Assembly (NCBI GenBank): GCA_001599295.1
Contig: BCGN01000008.1
Span: 992,001-1,056,000 of the forward strand
DNA from: Sporopachydermia quercuum
Lineage: Eukaryota
Direction: 5' to 3'
DNA length: 64,000 bases
This document shows, one piece after another, positions 35,760-47,510 of this stretch (positions are counted from its first letter, which is position 1; every line of letters begins with the position of its first letter). The position numbers and the translations under genes are program-made. The notes under the pieces are model-generated. The model did not search any database. It was not told the DNA's origin and saw nothing but the letters and a program-made list of their open reading frames with translations.

Positions 35760-37185
35760 CTTCAGAGGGGGTAGGTATGTGTGTGATATGGATACAGGTG
35801 GTTCAAGGTATGATATTAATGATGATACGATACCAATCAAGATAGGATCAATGCGGATAGAAATTCCAGTTAGATGCAGTGGAATAAGGTAAATGAATGT
35901 AATTATTAGTTCTCAAAAAGACTGTATATTTCTGAAGAATGCTATGAACAATCACAATCTGTTAGTTGAGTGATCAACTGTTAAATATGATTTGTGTTGT
36001 TGAGTTTTGTGGGTATGATAGTTTTAGGTATATTGTGGGGTATTGTGAAGATCTAAAAGGGGGTACATGAGAGATGGGTAGATAAGCTTCCACGTAGATT
36101 GGAGGAGTGGAAGAATAAATGGGATATTAGGACCAGAAAGCATTTATAAGACTTACAGTTGGGAATTTGGAGCTTCATGCTTGAGTTAAAACAGTTTTAG
36201 TATTTTGCTGATAGTTCAGCTTTTCCTGGTCGAAAATTGGAGCATGCAGTATAATGCTAAAGTAGGAAATGATGGATTTGAGTATCCTGTATTGTTTCCG
36301 AAATTGCTATTTGATACTAGTCACATGACTGTAGAAATAAGCATTTACCAAGAGCATTTTAATATGAAAACGGGAAATTGTTTGTTTTATCTAGCTTTTC
36401 TATAAAATTAATGTATAGGAGTTTAATATTTTTTTACAAATGATTATAAAAGGTTTTTAAGTTACATTGTATTCTAAGCTATAGTATAGCTCCTATATAG
36501 TACTGATCAAAAACATATCGGAAATAATATTGCACAGCTTTTACTATCTTTGCCGCTCTTTATCTCTGGTCAAATGAACAGAAGAAAACAAATCAATCCG
36601 CCTATCAGTGAATCAACTAATCAGCAAATGAAAAGCAATAAAAATTTGATAAATCAAGCATCTTTAAAGCTACTAAACTCGGCTACTATTTGATTCCCGT
36701 TATCTTGAAGGTCGATATTGCAGATGCCGTGCTTGCTGTCAGGGAACATAACTACATTTGTTTTTAATCCACCAAGTTCAAGGGAATGAGTGATGGTACT
36801 GTAGCAGTCTCCTGTGGTTATATGTAATTCTACATTTCTAATTCAACTGTCAAATGATCAAAAGTAGTTTCATCTAAAATAAATAGAACAAGCAAACTGT
36901 TGATACTGTTTTTTAGTAACTGAGTAAGCAGCCTCAGCACTCTCAACTGTTGTTTCTCTTGGCTTATTCTGGTTTCTCGCCTCTGTTTAGGTCTGATCCA
37001 GTCAATACAATGGACAGAATCAACGACCAACGCAGTTTCCATAAAGTAATATTTCCAATTGTTCAATAGCACGCATGATGCAGCAAATGAAGACAACCAC
37101 TATTTACAGTTCAATTGAAATAGCAACTCATCACAAATAAGACCTTAACTGTCCGAGTAGCACATCACCAACTGCCATAGAAAAC

Positions 37186-38361
37186 ATGAACTATTCGGTC
37201 AACGACTTTGTAAACTATTCACAGCCACTTTCTCTATGGAGTAGCAAAACAATTGCCACTTTGCAAGCTAGAATTCAGAAACGATCTGCCATTCAATCGT
37301 CCCGTTCCTCATCCTATTCTAATCCTCATTCCTATTCATACTCGTCCTCTATTGAAGGCTTTCGCATAATAAATCTTGCTAATGAAGTATTTGGATTTCA
37401 CGGCTGGCGATCATCAATTCAAAGCATCGAAACTATTTATTTGAACGAATCTAGTGGGAAATTCAGTGTTAAAATGTCTGCTGTCGTTAGAGTTACCTTG
37501 AAAGATGGTACATTCTATGAGGACTATGGATACGGAGAAATGAGAAACTGTAGCGAAAAAGCAATTGCTTTTGAGAAAAGTAAGAAGGAAGCTTGTACGG
37601 ATGGATTGAAACGAGCATTAAGAAACTTTGGTGGAGAACTAGATGAAAGGAGAGAGAATAATGGTACTTTAGTAGGATTCAATGGGTTATTTGAAAATGA
37701 GAACAATGCCAATAATGGCGATGGTAATTGTGTGAATTATATTAATAGTTTAGATAATGCAGGTGAAATCAACAGGTTTGATACTAGTTTCAATACTGGC
37801 TTTAAGGGTGTTAATTACAAATTTGAATCTATCAATATTGATAATAAAGGCGATAGAAAGCGAGGGAATTTTGGTGANTATGGTAACTATAGTTCCTATA
37901 ATGAGGTTACATCAAAGAGACATAATAAGGGCAATAATGAAGACTTGGATAAAAGGAAAAGAAGAGGAAAAGGAAAAGGAAAAGAAAGTGTAAACAATGA
38001 TAAAAGTAATAACAATAAAGATAATAATAATGTATCAGCAAATGGTTCAAGTGGTAAAAGAACTATCAATAATAAACGAATTAAATCAGCAGGTAACATC
38101 GTAACCCGTGNTGCTNTCATTAACACTACTACTAGTCCACCTATTATATCAACTAATAACATCACCATTTATGGCAATAAAAATGAGAGTAATAACTACA
38201 ACAATAATCAGAACAATTGTCAAATAAATGAACGAATAATGAAAGCTGCACCAACAGAATCAAATCTGCTTAATAGCAAGGAACCCAACAATAACTATAA
38301 TGAGAATTCATCTAATGAGAATGGATTTAGTGATGATTATGACGATGAGTTTATATTTTGA
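37186..38361 (+). CDS. RAD59: Rad52-family single-strand annealing protein, Rad59-like, with Asn-rich C-terminal extension
   Basis: IINLANEVFGFHGW, VRVTLKDGTFYEDYGYG and KKEACTDGLKRAL motifs. N-terminal WS..IATLQARI is Rad59-like. Confidence 0.7.
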   Translation: MNYSVNDFVNYSQPLSLWSSKTIATLQARIQKRSAIQSSRSSSYSNPHSYSYSSSIEGFRIINLANEVFGFHGWRSSIQSIETIYLNESSGKFSVKMSAVVRVTLKDGTFYEDYGYGEMRNCSEKAIAFEKSKKEACTDGLKRALRNFGGELDERRENNGTLVGFNGLFENENNANNGDGNCVNYINSLDNAGEINRFDTSFNTGFKGVNYKFESINIDNKGDRKRGNFGXYGNYSSYNEVTSKRHNKGNNEDLDKRKRRGKGKGKESVNNDKSNNNKDNNNVSANGSSGKRTINNKRIKSAGNIVTRXAXINTTTSPPIISTNNITIYGNKNESNNYNNNQNNCQINERIMKAAPTESNLLNSKEPNNNYNENSSNENGFSDDYDDEFIF

Positions 38362-39129
38362 CGATTAGAACGAGTATTTGGTAATAGCGTTTAAATGTTG
38401 GTAATAATAATACTCATGCTAATTAATAAAGCATATAGTATTTACTATTGCTTCTANTAGAGTAATCATACCCTATGCTAGATATTGTTGATATTCGTTG
38501 CTCACAAATATAGGAATAATAAACTGTTTATGATAAATGTTAACTAATTCGCATCTAATCAATGTCATTCGTTGAACTAATTTTAATATTCTATTTTTAC
38601 AGCAAAGATGGATTAAGTAGAGATTCTGCTTGATATGAATCCTGGTAGTAATAATTTATAACATACTGTAACGAAAATATACATCTGTCCGAAAAACCCA
38701 ACGGAAAGAAGTCNTTACTTTATGAATTAAGCTATAAAATCAAATCAATTGTTTCTCATAATGGTGAATAGTCCTTACTCGCATTTCTTATATCTATATA
38801 TACTAAAAGCAGCAAATAATATACTGATAAAATTTTTATATTTTCTCTCTATGGAAAGCCAATTGAACATCTCCTTGGCCGTACCATAATTAGCATACAT
38901 ATATAATACCAATTGCTGTTACGAAAAGAGTAAACACAACATAACATAATGAAGTACTTGTAATTATACTATTATTTATCTTTGATTCCAATCATGTTAA
39001 TAATTCCTCCTATTGGCAACTAATAACTCATTACTCATCTCTTTACCACTCAACTAGGCATAAAGCCATACAGCATTTGAGATATCACCTTCTCCTTCTA
39101 CCTATCCTCATCCAGAAATACTTCTAAAA

Positions 39130-42100
39130 TCAAAATTGTAGAAAGCTTTTAACCGGAAACTCATTCACCACGGGCACTTTGATCTCTGGTATATAATAAA
39201 TCAGTCCGTTCTCATCAAACCGTTCACGATCTTTCTCTGTCATGTGGAAAACTTCTTGAACGCATCCTTCGAGTATCTCCATCAGATCCTTATATTTACC
39301 TTGGATATCATACGCCTTTAACAATTGGTTCTTCCTTATTAATCCTTCAATTAAATTCACTGCATCATTCATAGTATCGTGCAATCTATCAATCATTCTA
39401 CCGATTGAATTGATAAGATACTCTTCCTCATAAATCGTACCTTTTTTACCTCTTGCTCTTTTCCTTTCTTCCCTTCTTTTATTTTTAGCTGTTCTACGTG
39501 ATGCTCCTGTTTTAGCGGTTGTGCCTGTTTTACCAGTATACCTAGTCATGAATGAAGCAGCTGTTGATGCTTCTGATCCTGCAACTGATACGTTATCCCC
39601 GACATCATTACCATCAGCATCTTCACCCCCGAAGAATCCCGTTGGATCTTCAATTTTCTTATTTCTTAATTCCCTCAATCTACGCAATTGGGAATCTATC
39701 TGACCTTTACAATCAGCTAACAACTCAGCCACTGAAGCAAATCCATCGTTCAGACCCGTGTCAATGATCACCTCTAGATCACGTGATCTAAAAATGTCGC
39801 CTTGGTCAGGTTCTTGTTCTAGATCACGTGAGCTGGCTATACGAATAGCCTCAGAGTAATTAAACCCTTTACAATGCAACCGAACTGCTTCTTTCAAATC
39901 ATTTAAATATTCCTTATGAATTATTGCTGCTTCAAGATATCTTCTGTTTTCATCTAACCCTTCTGCAAGCCTGGTTGCTGTGTCTTTCACTTTTACATTG
40001 TTTGCTACAGTACTATCATTAATTCTACCTTCAAGACTGCTAGCAACAGCTAATGCTTCTTTCCAATGTAAGCCAAATTCGTAACATGTCAAAGCTTCTG
40101 CTGATTTATGGATCATTTCATATATTAAACCAGCTTCATGATAATTCTTTTGCCCTTGCAAATAATCAGCATATAAATCACAGATTTCCCTGCGTCTTTC
40201 TTCATTATGCGATCGATGATAGATTCCCAAAGCTTCCTTATATAAAGCATGCTTTATCACGTAATCATCAAACTCACTGTAGGCCTCAGTTCCAAGGTCA
40301 AATAAATGATGTAATGCTCTGCTGTATTTACGTAAATAATCGTCAATACTAAACTTCCTTCTTGTTTCTGGCTGGTCAACCAGATCTTGCAGGAATGGTA
40401 GATATTCCTTAGGATCCTTTTGAGATTGTTGAGCAATAAGCAAGGCTAATGGAATAGTGTACAACCCTAAAGCAATGTTATACAGTTTATTCACGTCATG
40501 CAGGAAACAGAGATGCTGTACAGCTTTTTCTGCTTCATCTGGTGAGGTTAATTGAAGCTCGTTGACTAGTTCTAAAGCTGGTTCAAGTGCTGGTGGTGAT
40601 TGGCAAGCGTAAGCGGTGAGAATTGATTGTAGATATATTTTGTTATACTTTGGCGTGGTTANATGAGATAATATTGCGGAGCATATTCGGTTGATTTTGC
40701 TAGTACGATTATTTGGAGGACCAGCAACTGCATTAGCATTAGCATTATTATTAGCATTAGCATTACTATCAATACTTAAATCTGCCATTCCCTGAATATA
40801 ACTCTCCATAGAAGCTTCTCTTTCAATGTCACCAAGGGTATCCTTATACTTAGTAGTAGTAACATCTTCCTCATGTAAACATGATAAGAATAAATCCAAA
40901 TACTCAATGGAACCCAATTGATCAATGAATCTATCAATGTCTTCATAAAACAGCTCAGGTTTAAAATCATGCAGTAAATCCAAATCAACTCTATGAACTC
41001 TGCAGTCCGCAAACGCCAAATCGTATCTTCTATTCTCAATGGCTTTTCTGACTCTTGAAAGAACCAGAATACGGGGAAAGATGGTCTCCAAGTTTCCTCT
41101 TGGTGCTTGTAGAACAACAGCAGCCTTAGACGGTATAACAGAGATAAGAATGGATCCACGTTCAATACTACGTACTCTCTCGTCCATAGAGGCATTATTA
41201 TTATCATTATTACCAATATTAGCTCCTGCTCCTGTTGTGCCTGAAGCAACGATCTCGCTCTGCTGAATAACACTGGGAACAATTAAATCCTCAACCGATG
41301 GCACCAGATGAACAAATTTCAGCATATGCTGAGCAGTAGTTAACAACAAGTGTGATTCTGTTACTTGGAAACTCGTGACAGCTGATGTCAGTTGCCGCTC
41401 GTTGGCAAAGAGTTTCCCTGATGGTGTAAGACCAAATACTATTAGCGTTCCATCAACAATTACTAGTTCAATGTTACTGCATAATCGTGGAAACCCTGCA
41501 ACGGGAATTATTGATTGCTCTCCTTGCAAATCGAAGGTGTAAATGTCTCCTGTTGTAGTTTGATACACAGCTTGCAAATAGCTAGCTGATGATTTCAGCA
41601 GGGTAGTTATAGCTGGTTCTATGATGGCATTTATTTCCAGAGTGTTGACGTTGATGACATGAATAACTGATGATGAGCTTGCCTCCATAGCCAAAGAAGC
41701 TGATGGATCGTCCATTAGAAATGCTATATCGTCTTCACCAAGGAAACAAATTTGTTGTGGCTGGGCTTCTGATGATTCTGTTAGACTGCAAATAAGTACT
41801 TCATTAATATACTCTGGAGCTTTGATATCTCGTATATAACCTTCATCAGAGTTCCAATTGGCGAAAATGACCTTCGTTTTAGTCAAAACGGCGATTCTGG
41901 TGTTACTGCTATTGATGGCAGCATGGAGAATGTTCTCACTTGCTTTGAAGGTTCTGAAAGCCATTGGAGGCGGAGTGTTTGCTAGTTTCAATGGAGTGAT
42001 CAACAAATCTTGGCCATCAATAACCAGTGTTGTTCCCAAATCGATAGGTGCAACGGTTGGACCTGTGGTTACTTGCCATGCTAAATTAATCAGTTGAACT

Positions 42101-43302
42101 GAATCTCTCAATTGAACCAATAACGAGAGTGGGTTCTCTGGATGCCATAAAACACTCAGTAACTCATTATCTTCAAACTGGAACTCCTGTTTTAAATACC
42201 AGTAATAATTCTTAGTGGTCCATAATTGAATACAATTGGTTAGAACCACTGTGAGAATATCTGATTGGCAGTTCCATGCTAAATCTACCACTTTTACTGA
42301 AGGAGGAATTCTCAATGAAAACTGGCCTCTACGTAGCCCATTGCGTTCGAAGAAAATAAGATCAACCAAACCATCAGACTCTTCGTCAATATCATTTTTC
42401 CTTCTAACGGATGCAATAAGATTCCCTGAAGGTCTGTAAGCCAATTGACCTTCCATACCGTCAGTTGGTTCTGATGCACTATCTAAGATACCATCACGGT
42501 TGAATACTCTGATTACTCTTCTACTAACACCAGCGGCTTCATCTATTTGAGAAACAGCAATAAACTCACCATCGCCACGCCATGATAATCTTGCCAGGCC
42601 ATCATCGAGTTCTCCTAAAGCTCCTGTGTGAACAAAATCAGGTAATGTTGGATCTACCATAATAGTCTCCCCAGCCATTGCCATTGCTTTTAATGCTGAC
42701 ATCCCACTGGCTTTGGCTCCTTTACCTCTAAATTGGGTTTCCTTTTTACCCCAACCAACGGAAACATGCTGTGATAATTCTAAATCCTTTGCTGATAGTT
42801 CAGTATCACGTATNAGCTCAAAGTACCTTGATAGCAATACTAAATTACCACTGAATGTAAGTAAAGCTAAGATCTCTTCATCCGGTGACCAAGCAGCGTC
42901 CTGGATTCCTGCTTCAATCGAACCAGCAATTTGAATAATTGGCTCGGATTCTTCATATTCCGGTGACTCTTCTTGGGAAATCAATGAAAGCTGAATAATA
43001 TCTCCTCCTTTCATTATTATAAATAATGCTTCCAAGTCTGGTAGGTACTTTACGTCAATGATCTCATCTTGGGACAGGTTTGGTTGAATTGGTGGGTTGA
43101 TTGGAAAAGACGCCACCACTTTTCTGTTTCCCAAATGTGAAATACGTTGAATTTCAAGACTATGAAAGTCTTCTGAAGGTCCATAGACAGCAATCATGCT
43201 GTTGCTTGACGTATCAAATTCCGCATTAGCGAATGGCAGTGATGGAACATCATTTGATTCAACTGGGAATATTTCCCGTTGTTGCGTTATCAAATTCCTC
43301 AT
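39130..43302 (-). CDS. IKI3: Elongator complex subunit Elp1
   Basis: Starts MRNL. VSVGWGKKETQFRGKG, SWRGDGEF, LQAPRGNLETIFPR, QQSQKDPKEYLPFL and RRTAKNKRREERKRARGKKGTIYEEEY motifs. Confidence 0.95.
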   Translation of the reverse strand: MRNLITQQREIFPVESNDVPSLPFANAEFDTSSNSMIAVYGPSEDFHSLEIQRISHLGNRKVVASFPINPPIQPNLSQDEIIDVKYLPDLEALFIIMKGGDIIQLSLISQEESPEYEESEPIIQIAGSIEAGIQDAAWSPDEEILALLTFSGNLVLLSRYFEXIRDTELSAKDLELSQHVSVGWGKKETQFRGKGAKASGMSALKAMAMAGETIMVDPTLPDFVHTGALGELDDGLARLSWRGDGEFIAVSQIDEAAGVSRRVIRVFNRDGILDSASEPTDGMEGQLAYRPSGNLIASVRRKNDIDEESDGLVDLIFFERNGLRRGQFSLRIPPSVKVVDLAWNCQSDILTVVLTNCIQLWTTKNYYWYLKQEFQFEDNELLSVLWHPENPLSLLVQLRDSVQLINLAWQVTTGPTVAPIDLGTTLVIDGQDLLITPLKLANTPPPMAFRTFKASENILHAAINSSNTRIAVLTKTKVIFANWNSDEGYIRDIKAPEYINEVLICSLTESSEAQPQQICFLGEDDIAFLMDDPSASLAMEASSSSVIHVINVNTLEINAIIEPAITTLLKSSASYLQAVYQTTTGDIYTFDLQGEQSIIPVAGFPRLCSNIELVIVDGTLIVFGLTPSGKLFANERQLTSAVTSFQVTESHLLLTTAQHMLKFVHLVPSVEDLIVPSVIQQSEIVASGTTGAGANIGNNDNNNASMDERVRSIERGSILISVIPSKAAVVLQAPRGNLETIFPRILVLSRVRKAIENRRYDLAFADCRVHRVDLDLLHDFKPELFYEDIDRFIDQLGSIEYLDLFLSCLHEEDVTTTKYKDTLGDIEREASMESYIQGMADLSIDSNANANNNANANAVAGPPNNRTSKINRICSAILSHXTTPKYNKIYLQSILTAYACQSPPALEPALELVNELQLTSPDEAEKAVQHLCFLHDVNKLYNIALGLYTIPLALLIAQQSQKDPKEYLPFLQDLVDQPETRRKFSIDDYLRKYSRALHHLFDLGTEAYSEFDDYVIKHALYKEALGIYHRSHNEERRREICDLYADYLQGQKNYHEAGLIYEMIHKSAEALTCYEFGLHWKEALAVASSLEGRINDSTVANNVKVKDTATRLAEGLDENRRYLEAAIIHKEYLNDLKEAVRLHCKGFNYSEAIRIASSRDLEQEPDQGDIFRSRDLEVIIDTGLNDGFASVAELLADCKGQIDSQLRRLRELRNKKIEDPTGFFGGEDADGNDVGDNVSVAGSEASTAASFMTRYTGKTGTTAKTGASRRTAKNKRREERKRARGKKGTIYEEEYLINSIGRMIDRLHDTMNDAVNLIEGLIRKNQLLKAYDIQGKYKDLMEILEGCVQEVFHMTEKDRERFDENGLIYYIPEIKVPVVNEFPVKSFLQF

Positions 43303-43465
43303 TCTGACCTCCAATTATGTACAAAATACTATTCTGAGCTGGGATTTGTTCATAATATTTGTCTATACGACAATTATTCATATAGAAAGGAACAAGTCAA
43401 TCAGAATTTATTGTATAGATAAAAGGGAATTGATGATAGGAAGAGCACTGTTTTCTGGTAACACA

Positions 43466-43614
43466 AAAAAAATTTTGATATGTATGTACCCCTGAGAGGA
43501 GACGTGAAGTAAGGGTAAGAATAATATTTCGGAGATGATAGGAAATGAAAAGCAAGAAAGGCGGAAACTATGTTATAAACTGAATGTATGAAGAAGAAGA
43601 TTGAGCGATAAGCT
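43466..43614. promoter_or_regulatory. RRPE-like and PAC-like elements upstream of ELP1
   Basis: AAAAATTTTGA near 43468 and GCGATAAGCT at 43605 (one mismatch to PAC GCGATGAG). Confidence 0.4.
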
Positions 43615-43943
43615 AAAAAAAGTATTCAGGTACGGAAGATACAGATAGTGTATGTGTTTATGCTTATAGATGGTAGACNGTTATAACGGAAGTTATGTTA
43701 TTCGGTTGCGAGAAAGGTAGCTGTTTGAAAGTAAGGGAGCTGCTGTGATAATAATAGTTGAGCGAACACTTCCTGAAAAAGACTGATTCAGTTCCTTTGC
43801 TCTCCAGAAAGATAATAGTATTAAGGTTTCAGCTACAATGCTAACATGAACAGATCCCATGCTCTCCCATTTCATACTCTATTCACATACACATACATAT
43901 TCATTTTCATAGTCATAGTCATAGTCATATTCACATTCTTCCA

Positions 43944-46229
43944 TTATACAACAGCAGACTTGATGATCTCCGAGCCATTGATCATTCCTGTCGTAACTAT
44001 CAAAAACCTCCTTTTCTCCAGAACAGTTTTCTGTAACCTTTCAGCATAAAATCTAATTGCCGCTACTTCGGCATACGTGATTCCGCCTAAAAAGAACAAC
44101 ACACTTAAAGAGGTTGTCTGTAATGAATTATTTCCTATAGCATTCGCAGAAGTACTAAGCCCACTGTCGTTAGTTCCGGTATTTCCTGAAGTACTGGATT
44201 TCTTGACCTGTGTTACTTTGATATCATCAACCTGGTCACCATTAATACATTTAGTAACAGCGTCTAATCCTTTCAAACCAACAGCTGAGGTTTTCACAAC
44301 ACTAGAGCCNATTCCGCCTCCATTCACTGAGGATTTGTCGTATATTGCTTGTATTAATCTCACAGATAAAGGAGAATAGCCAGAATAAACATATGCCATG
44401 TCATCAGATGAGTTTCCATCCTCTTCTGGTTCACCTTCAGATAGCAATGACAGCCTTAATATAAGAGTTTGCCAATCGCGTATATGAATAGTTGGTGGTG
44501 GTGACGCTTTCGAATAAACAAGGCCTAAGTCAAACAAATTCCTAAGCGTTTGAACGTGCTGATAGCCATAAGTTTGAATGATTTCTTTCTTAATTGCTAG
44601 ATAGTCCTTTGGCTTAATGCCATTATGGGTCAAAGACTCTAAGCAAAAAAGCCTTAGTATTTGATTGANGGGAGCTTTCCTGTAAATCAGCTCAAACAAC
44701 ATTTCATGTTGTTTGGATAATTCGATTGTATCCGCAAGCATGTTTTGCTGTATTTCTAAGCTTGTATTGAAAATATGAGACTCAATAGTCACATTGCCGT
44801 TAGCAGGTTGCAAGTTTTTCATCAGTTCTTCTGTAATGTTTGTGTGGATTCGAAGGTTGTTTTGGGCTTCTTGAAGTGTTGGTAATTTGCCTACAAAGTT
44901 GCGTATCTCTGAAACTGTTTTAGCTGCATGACGTTCATCGAATTGGCTTTGTAGTTTCCGAGCTTCCTTATTAAGATATGTTCCAACAGAAGAAAAGTTC
45001 AGGTCTCGGATTGACCGAAATAAAGAGTCATCCGAGGTTAGAGAAAACTTCCGGGTTCTCCTATGAGGATCAGATGCTGTCCTTTGAGAGGCCTCAAGAG
45101 CGGATGACGACAACCCGGTAGCAGTCGGTTTTGCGGCATCACTATCAGTTCCAGTTCTAGTTACGTTATTGCTTCCAGAATTGTCGCCCTCGGTAAGTAT
45201 ATGTATTGGTAGGTCAACCTGTCCCGCGTTTATGCTGAATACCTCATCGATTAGTCCTTCATATGTCAATTGGGACAGCATGGGTGATATAAAATCAACA
45301 GCTCTTTCGAAAACAATCAGTTCACAGCTTCTTTTTATATGAGGACTTGGACTCTTTAAGGTGCCGTATACACCAACGTCAATGTCTTCACGAAGCATTC
45401 TTTCTTTTGGTGATAAGCTTGCTAGATGTTCTGAGCGTATTCTTTCATATACTTGAATCATTTGCTTAGAAAGCTTACCTTTACCTATTATTTGAGTGAA
45501 ACGTAGCAAAGAGGGATATTGTTCTTGTAAATAATGTAATGCCCGTGCTGAATGATATATAGGTGTGATTATTTCTTCTAAATATAGTTCACGTATACAT
45601 TCCTTATTACCATACTCCATAGATATAAGATCAGGATCTAGATCTAAGAGGTACATTCCCCAATGATATACTTGAACATTTCCTAGAATATTTCTATCTT
45701 CTAGGGCTTGTGTGAAAGCTTTGGTTTTCTCTGGAACGCATACAATACTGATATCAACATCTGACAATACTCTGTTGTCAATGAACTGTTGAATATGATG
45801 AGAGATGATGTATGCATCTTTAACTCTTCCTCTTATCATGAACACGATATTTCTTACACCATTAACAATTTTCACACTAGAACCTTGAGTTTCTTGTAAA
45901 GACGCGTTATTGACAAAAGCTGTGCTAGTTGGCTCATCAAGCCAAAAGACTTTGTCAATTCCATGCTGGCGCAGCAAGGAGAATGGGGTAAGGTTGTTTA
46001 TAACTTTGGATAAAGAGTTGTCTAAAAACAAGTGCTTTTTTGTTCCAACCTTAAAAATTAATCTTGTTAGTTTGAAAATTATAAGATTTAAATATCAGTT
46101 GAATCATAACCATCTCAATCAACAAAGTAGCAGGCATACTTTATCTAATACATCAATTAAGGAGTTTACGCTTTTCTTTCTAAGTAGAGAAGTGTCTGGC
46201 ACTCGACCAGTAGGTTGTTTCACTGTCAT
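43944..46229 (-). CDS. VPS33: Sec1/Munc18 protein Vps33, 2 exons (46229..46140, 46049..43944)
   Basis: SQLTYEGLIDE, IRDLNFSSVG, YVYSGYSPLSVRL, FFLGGITYAEVAAIR and IVTTGMING motifs. Intron 46139..46050 (GTATGC..ACTAAC..AAG) adds MTVKQ...LIDVLDK in frame. Confidence 0.92.
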
Positions 46230-46966
46230 TATGAGCCAAAGAAACCAATATGTGTAGAAACTGAAATACTCAGTTCTAATTGAATAGTTTACCCTAGATA
46301 GAATATCCTTGAAAAAAATATCAATGTATCAATTGATCGATCAATGGGTTGAACAGTGAATGAAGCTCTACAAAAAGAACGCATTAGAAATGTCACTACC
46401 ACAATTCAGATCGGAGAAGATCGTTTAATGATTATGTAAACATCACAGATTTATATATATCATGTGTATTGAAACTTCAAATTAATACAAACCAAAGACT
46501 CTTCTGCAGACTCTTGTAAAAGAGTCTCGAAAGAGTGACTCCAATTAACACCTTCACATCAATAATTATCTCCCATCCCTTTCATTAATTTTACAGTGAT
46601 ACCTGAAGCTCGATCTCAATCCTTATTGGTTAAGATTAAAGTTAATGCTTCCATGTGTAATTCATGCGAGCAAAAAGCATATTGAATCTTAACCTTAAAG
46701 CTCGAACCATAGAATCTCATGATATTACACATACAAAACAATACACCAAATGGAGATTGGCTAACACCCCGTCGGGCAGAAATCTTCTTTGTCCTTGTAA
46801 AAATTGTTAAGTTGGCCTCTAATGAGTGAGAAGTAAGAAAAGAACACAGAAGATTAATTCACGATTGAAAAGACATATTGGCATTAAAACTGAAAAATAA
46901 ACCACAGCAATTTTTAATAATTGGCGTTTGAAAGATTTCATAAGTTTTTAATACAATAGAATCGAA

Positions 46967-47510
46967 ATGTTTGCTGCTAGACGACAAATTTCTTCCTTGG
47001 TCACCAAGAGGGGATTCTCATCTTCTGCTTTGAGAGCTGGCCACTACCCTGAAGGACCTTACACCAATCTTCCTTTCAAGGTCCACAACAGAAAGTTCAT
47101 TCCTTACTGGGTTCTTCATTTCAGTTTCTTTGGTAAGTGATACGTCTGTGAAGTGGGTGCCGAACTGGGTGTATATGTTGACATTGGAAGGTGCATACAT
47201 ATCATTGAGGAATAGAGCATTCTTCGTCTTTTACAATCAAGATCTCAATTCCCATAGAGAAATATAATGTATTTGGCTTGGCTTGAATTAGAAAATAGAG
47301 GAGATAATGGGTTTAATTGTTGGGTGTGGGTCGTGAGAAAGAGGACATGACAGGTTGATAAAGTAATGTCATTTATCTACACTGCACAGTTCTAGTGGTA
47401 CCGGAGAGAACACTGTGTAAAACACATTTACTAACATGAGTTTAGCTGCTGGTTTCGGAATTCCATTTTTCGCTTGCTGGTTCCAACTTAAGAAGTCTGG
47501 TAACATCTAA
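46967..47510 (+). CDS. COX8: Cytochrome c oxidase subunit VIIc (yeast Cox8), 76 aa, 2 exons (46967..47132, 47446..47510)
   Basis: Manual translation: MFAARRQISSLVTKRGFSSSALRAGHYPEGPYTNLPFKVHNRKFIPYWVLHFSFF|AAGFGIPFFACWFQLKKSGNI*. Intron GTAAGT..TACTAAC..TAG. Confidence 0.95.

Noticed and set aside
36205..37096. Short intergenic ORFs between USO1 and RAD59 (and 1353, 2797, 16191, 20524, 48107, 54064)
   Set aside because: No recognisable motifs, mostly non-ATG starts, and composition typical of AT-rich intergenic DNA.
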